Part shown: piece by piece, positions 53,564 to 57,626 of the stretch
Numbering within the stretch: position 1 is the first letter of the stretch
Layout: every line of letters begins with the position of its first letter
DNA from: Coriobacteriia bacterium
Lineage (GTDB): Bacteria > Actinomycetota > Coriobacteriia > Anaerosomatales > SLCP01
NCBI GenBank assembly: GCA_014859265.1
Contig: JACUUN010000005.1
Span: forward strand, 1-57,626
DNA: 57,626 nt
Reading direction: 5' to 3'
Translations under genes and position numbers: made by a program
Notes under the pieces: model-generated
Seen by the model: the letters and a program-made list of their open reading frames with translations, nothing else
Told to the model about the DNA's origin: nothing
Databases searched by the model: none

Positions 53564-54913
53564 GTGAGCGCCAAGGGCAAGATCGTCGTGATAGGGTCCG
53601 GAGCGGCAGGGACCGGAGCGGCACGCACGCTGGCTGCGGCAGGTTGGGACACCACCGTGGTCGAGCGCGACCGCGTGGGAGGCACCTGCCTGTGGCGTGG
53701 TTGCATGCCGAAGAAGGCCCTCTACAACTCCGCACGCGCCCGACGCAATGCTGACCGAGCGGAGATGTTCGGCCTCGAGGGTGCCCGGGGTTTCGACTGG
53801 CAAAGCGTGCTGGCGTGGAAGTGGCATAGCCAGGAGACGTACGCGGGCGACCAGGAGGCCGGATTTACGGACCGGGGCATCCGGCTTGTGAAGGACGATG
53901 CCCGCTTCGTGTCGCCTGACGCTGTCGAGGTCGCTGGGGAACGTGTGTCCTTCGATCACGCGATCATCGCGACTGGCTCCCGGCCTGTCATTCCGCCCAT
54001 CACCGGTATCGAACTCGCCGACACCAGCACCGGCGCGCTCGGTTATCCTGAGCCACCTTCGTCGCTGCTGGTAGTCGGTGGAGGGTTCATCGGTCTGGAG
54101 CTCGGGGCGATCTACGCCTCCTTCGGCACTGAAGTCACCATCATTACCAGCGCCGTTCGACCGCTCGAGATGCTAGATGAGGAGATTTCCGCAATCCCAC
54201 TCCGCCGGTTGGAGCGACTCGGGGTGGCATTCCATACTTCCTGTCGGCTCAAGAGTCTCTCCGGCTCTCCCGGCGCGGTCACAGCGCGCTTCTCCGATGC
54301 TGCCGGAGCGTCACACGAGCGCACATGGGAGCGAGTGCTCGTCGCAGTCGGTCGCAAACCCTCCGTTGACGATCTCGATCTGGCAGCCGCGGGCGTGGAG
54401 GTCGACGGCCGTGGGGGAATCGTGCTCGACACGTCCCATCGCACCACAAATCCCCGCGTGTGGGTGGCAGGCGATGCGGCCGGTGGCATGATGCAGACCC
54501 CGATCGCTAACTACCAGGGGCGGACGGTGGCGGCATCCATCGACTCGGGCGCCGCAAGCGAACTGGACGACTCAATGGTCCCGACGTGCCTATTCACAAC
54601 ACCACAGGTGGCCCAGGTCGGACTCACTGAGACACAGGCACACGCATCTGGGATCGAGATCAGCATCGGACGCGCATCCTTCGAGTTCCTGGGTGCTGCA
54701 GTAATCGAGGATGAGCGCGATGGCCTGGTGAAACTGTTGTTCGCCGAGGACGACGGCAGGCTCGTTGGAGCGCATATCGCCGGACCGGCCGCGAGCGACC
54801 TCATCTACGCGGCGGCGGTTGCCATGCGATGCGGTGCCACTCGGGACACCCTGCGCGCGACCATCGGTATCCACCCGGCGTTTTGCGAGGCGCTCAACTG
54901 GGCCGCGGGGTAA
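53564..54913 (+). CDS. Class I pyridine nucleotide-disulfide oxidoreductase (LpdA/Gor-like)
   Basis: 'GSGAAG', 'GGTCLWRGCMPKK', 'GGGFIGLE', C-terminal 'HPAFCE'. Confidence 0.9.
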   Translation: MSAKGKIVVIGSGAAGTGAARTLAAAGWDTTVVERDRVGGTCLWRGCMPKKALYNSARARRNADRAEMFGLEGARGFDWQSVLAWKWHSQETYAGDQEAGFTDRGIRLVKDDARFVSPDAVEVAGERVSFDHAIIATGSRPVIPPITGIELADTSTGALGYPEPPSSLLVVGGGFIGLELGAIYASFGTEVTIITSAVRPLEMLDEEISAIPLRRLERLGVAFHTSCRLKSLSGSPGAVTARFSDAAGASHERTWERVLVAVGRKPSVDDLDLAAAGVEVDGRGGIVLDTSHRTTNPRVWVAGDAAGGMMQTPIANYQGRTVAASIDSGAASELDDSMVPTCLFTTPQVAQVGLTETQAHASGIEISIGRASFEFLGAAVIEDERDGLVKLLFAEDDGRLVGAHIAGPAASDLIYAAAVAMRCGATRDTLRATIGIHPAFCEALNWAAG

Positions 54914-54916
54914 ACG

Positions 54917-54944
54917 CGACCTTGAGGCTCATGCCTCAAGGTCG
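54917..54944. terminator. Hairpin between convergent genes
   Basis: CGACCTTGAGGC-TCAT-GCCTCAAGGTCG 12-bp perfect stem. Confidence 0.65.
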
Positions 54945-57439
54945 GCGCATCTCTCGACTTCACACGAGAGCAAGTCGAACAGCCGGTCGAACTCCCGGTC
55001 GTTCTCGACGACCGGCTCTGGCTGCTCGGGCACGTGCGTCAGCCTGTGCAGCTTGCACGAACCCCCTCTGTGGCACGGCTTACTCGGTCCCGGTTCGATC
55101 GTTGTGTTGCCTCCAGCTAGAACTTCTTCGATCTCAAATGCGGAACATGGATGCGAGAACAGATAACCCTGCACATGGTCGCAGCCCGCATGTCTCAGGT
55201 ACTCGAGATGACATGGTTTCTCGACGCCCTCGGCTACGGTACGCAAGTGGAGCTTGGATGCCAGAACGAGGATCGTATCGATGATTGGATGTGAATCTGA
55301 CTCCGCGCACAGGTCCGAGACAAAGGACCGGTCTATCTTCAGGATGCTGATGGGCAGTCCCTGCAGACGTTCAAGCGAGGAGTGACCGGTCCCGAAGTCG
55401 TCCAGCGCAAGCCCGACACCCATCGCTCTCAGTTGCTCGAACACCGGCGAGACCATATCGATCTCCCGCATCATCGCTGTCTCTGTGATCTCCAGCTCGA
55501 GATCTTCAGGCTTCAGGCCGGTATGGGCTAGAACCTCAGAAACCTCGTGGATGAGATCCCCGTCAATCATCTGGACCGCCGAAAGGTTCACCGCGACCCG
55601 GGGCACAGCGATGCCCGCCTGCCTCCACCGAGCGAGTGTCCCACACGCCTCGAAGAGGATCCACCGGCCCATTGGAACGATGAGACCACTCTCCTCGGCG
55701 ATATCCATGAACTCCTCCGGGCCAAGTACACCCCTTGTGGGGTGTCGCCAGCGCACCAACGCTTCGACGCCAGCAAGCCTACTGCTGTCGGCCGTGATGA
55801 TGGTCTGGTAGTGGATCTCGAGCTCTCCCTTGTCGACGGCATCGGCGAGCTCGTTCTTTGTCCGGAAGCGCTCCGAGATCGCCGTCTCCATGCTCGGCTC
55901 GTACACCTCGAAGCGGTCACCGCCTGCCTTCTTCGCGACATACATCGCGCGATCCGCCCGCTTCAGTGCCTCACTCGCCTGCATCCCCCTCTCGCAGTGG
56001 CAGATTCCAATGCTCGCGGATGGCCGCACGGTAAGCCCGCCTATCTCCATCGTCTCCGAAGAGAACTCCAGCAGCCGCAAGGCGATGTCCTCCGCGTGCG
56101 CCTTCGCTGTGACATCCGGCACTATGAGGACAAACTCATCGCCGCCAACCCGCCCGAGCGTGTCGCCATCGCGTGTCACCCAGCTGAGCCGGTCGCCCAT
56201 GATCTTGATCAGCTGGTCACCCGCGTCATGGCCCACCGTGTCGTTCACCGCCTTGAGATTATCGATGTCCACGTAGATGACGGCGAGTCCTTCGGCATCT
56301 CCCCGGTCCAGGTGAGCAAGGGCGCCGTTCAGCCGCTCGCTAACGAGGCGCCTGTTCGGAAGGCCCGTAAGCGGATCATCGTAGGCCATCTGGGAGACGA
56401 GCTCCTCCGCCTGACGACGCGCGGAGACGTCTCGCGAGACGTTCATAATCGCCGGGCCGCCGTCGAACACCACGAATTGGCTCCTCACTTCGACGGGTAG
56501 ACGCTGACCGCCCTTGCAGACGTTCATCACCTCGTAGAGCGCGGTGCCGGACTCGACAACGGTTCGCCGTTGGTTCTCGCGTGCATCCTCCTGCGACTCC
56601 GGCGCGATCCACGAGAAGGGCTCCAGCTCCAGAAACTCCTCGCGCGTGTAGCCGCGCATCTCGTGTGCCGCCTGGTTGAGATAGAGGATCCTACCATCCG
56701 GGCGAGTCACGATGACCGAATCGTGTACCGAGTCGAGCAGATGGGACTCGGAGCGCAGGCTCTCCTCTGTGCGCCGCCGCTCTGTCACGTCCTCCCCGTA
56801 CGAGATCACCTGCAGGACATCACCGGACTCGTTGAGCGCCGCCGAGCGGCTCCACCGCACAATCCGCTCCCCGATGCACGTGCGGACAGGGTACTCAAGG
56901 GTGGCACCAACCTGGCCGCGGCTCTCACAGAACCGCTCGAATTCGTCGCGCGCGTAGATGTCGGCTGCCTGTGTGCCCCAGAGTTCGAACGCGTCCTTGC
57001 CTACGACATCGTCCTCGGCGACGCCGAGCAGTTCGAGGCCGTACCGGTTCATATGCCTGACCGTGCCATCGGGGTCCAGCGTCGCCACCACAGCTGCAAC
57101 ACCATCGGCGTAGGTGCTGCGAACTGACTCGATCCGAGCGAGCAGCTCTGACGTTCGGCGAGCGTCGAAGGCCTCTGCACGGAAAGCGAGGGCGCCCCAC
57201 ACCACGCCGGTCGCCTGTACTACGCGCAGAAAAGCAAGGACATCGGCTTGATTCGTAACGCTTCGCCCCAGGAGGACGAGCGACGCGGCGATGCCTGCGA
57301 CACACGCGGCAGCAAAGGCGACAGCAGCCCTGCGCCACCGTCCCCGCACGGACGATGCGCGGAGGGCAAACACGATGACTGCGAGGGCGACCGCATGTAT
57401 GAGGAGTGCAGTCCAGTGCAGAAGCGCTTGTCCGGGCAT
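54929..57439 (-). CDS. Membrane-anchored PAS-PAS-GGDEF-EAL c-di-GMP enzyme
   Basis: Three N-terminal TM segments; two PAS domains ('EDVTERR', 'RDVSARR'); 'DPLTGLPNR', 'RDGD..GGDEF', 'EALVRW', 'EITE', 'DDFGTG', 'EGVE', 'QGY'. Confidence 0.95.
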   Translation of the reverse strand: MPGQALLHWTALLIHAVALAVIVFALRASSVRGRWRRAAVAFAAACVAGIAASLVLLGRSVTNQADVLAFLRVVQATGVVWGALAFRAEAFDARRTSELLARIESVRSTYADGVAAVVATLDPDGTVRHMNRYGLELLGVAEDDVVGKDAFELWGTQAADIYARDEFERFCESRGQVGATLEYPVRTCIGERIVRWSRSAALNESGDVLQVISYGEDVTERRRTEESLRSESHLLDSVHDSVIVTRPDGRILYLNQAAHEMRGYTREEFLELEPFSWIAPESQEDARENQRRTVVESGTALYEVMNVCKGGQRLPVEVRSQFVVFDGGPAIMNVSRDVSARRQAEELVSQMAYDDPLTGLPNRRLVSERLNGALAHLDRGDAEGLAVIYVDIDNLKAVNDTVGHDAGDQLIKIMGDRLSWVTRDGDTLGRVGGDEFVLIVPDVTAKAHAEDIALRLLEFSSETMEIGGLTVRPSASIGICHCERGMQASEALKRADRAMYVAKKAGGDRFEVYEPSMETAISERFRTKNELADAVDKGELEIHYQTIITADSSRLAGVEALVRWRHPTRGVLGPEEFMDIAEESGLIVPMGRWILFEACGTLARWRQAGIAVPRVAVNLSAVQMIDGDLIHEVSEVLAHTGLKPEDLELEITETAMMREIDMVSPVFEQLRAMGVGLALDDFGTGHSSLERLQGLPISILKIDRSFVSDLCAESDSHPIIDTILVLASKLHLRTVAEGVEKPCHLEYLRHAGCDHVQGYLFSHPCSAFEIEEVLAGGNTTIEPGPSKPCHRGGSCKLHRLTHVPEQPEPVVENDREFDRLFDLLSCEVERCADLEA

Positions 57440-57497
57440 CTTGCGAATCCTTTGTCGAAACCGTGGTCCCTAGCGAGTGAGTCATGAGTTACTAACC

Positions 57498-57525
57498 CTA
57501 TCGACCTGCCGATGTGCCAACTTGA
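57498..57525 (-). promoter_or_regulatory. Sigma-28-type promoter of the GGDEF-EAL gene
   Basis: TCAAG-15 nt-GTCGATAG, same architecture as 39995-40022. Confidence 0.65.
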
Positions 57526-57586
57526 ACCCCAAGGCCGGTCGCACCATGAGGCTTTGGGGGACGGGGCAACACCGAGAGCAACACAA

Positions 57587-57613
57587 AGGCCGGGAGCGAT
57601 ACGCTCCCGGCCT
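57587..57613 (-). terminator. Intrinsic terminator of an upstream minus-strand gene outside the window
   Basis: AGGCCGGGAGCG-ATA-CGCTCCCGGCCT followed on the minus strand by TTGTGTT. Confidence 0.7.
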
Positions 57614-57626
57614 CATCATCCATGGT

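Noticed and set aside
53564-54913. Mercuric reductase MerA
   Set aside because: No C-terminal Cys-Cys pair, no NmerA domain and no mer genes.
444-57487. Many long plus-strand ORFs (e.g. 444-1358, 9011-10318, 25681-27309, 43377-44768, 52097-53470)
   Set aside because: Antisense shadows of well-supported minus-strand genes, expected from high-GC codon bias; no recognisable motifs.

Overview
High-GC (roughly two-thirds G+C by eye) chromosomal backbone, almost all on the minus strand, from an anaerobic actinobacterium; gene content and order suggest Coriobacteriia (inference). From left to right: a LexA-boxed DUF6504-like gene; feoB with a DtxR/FeoA regulator; a promoter-bearing structured RNA of about 170 nt (6S-like candidate); iscR-iscS-iscU-mnmA-hisJ-nif3-Zn ribbon-rnhA-queD; a second candidate sRNA; FMN riboswitch-ribD-ribE-ribBA-ribH; cmk-plsC-ispH-DUF512-der-plsY-gpsA-rpe; hisC-aroF-tyrA-aroA; trpS-scpA-scpB-rluB-cobU-cobT-cobS-cobC; deoB-pdp-(DHH/CBS tRNA nucleotidyltransferase)-site-2 protease; a FlgM-like gene; an 11-gene nuo operon; an ABC-F; a flavin disulfide reductase; and a PAS-GGDEF-EAL protein. 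The standout is the complex I operon (nuoABCDHIJKLMN, no nuoEFG): its NuoI is split by an in-frame, roughly 470-aa GltD/NfnL/DsrL-type flavin-FeS NAD(P)H oxidoreductase module, apparently a built-in alternative electron-input device. Also notable: a probable CTG start for nuoC, matching sigma-28-type promoters plus a shared ~30-nt element upstream of the FlgM-like and GGDEF-EAL genes, and two unannotated sRNA candidates. I saw no mobile elements, CRISPR arrays, tRNAs or rRNAs. All family assignments come from motif recognition by eye; no searches were run.
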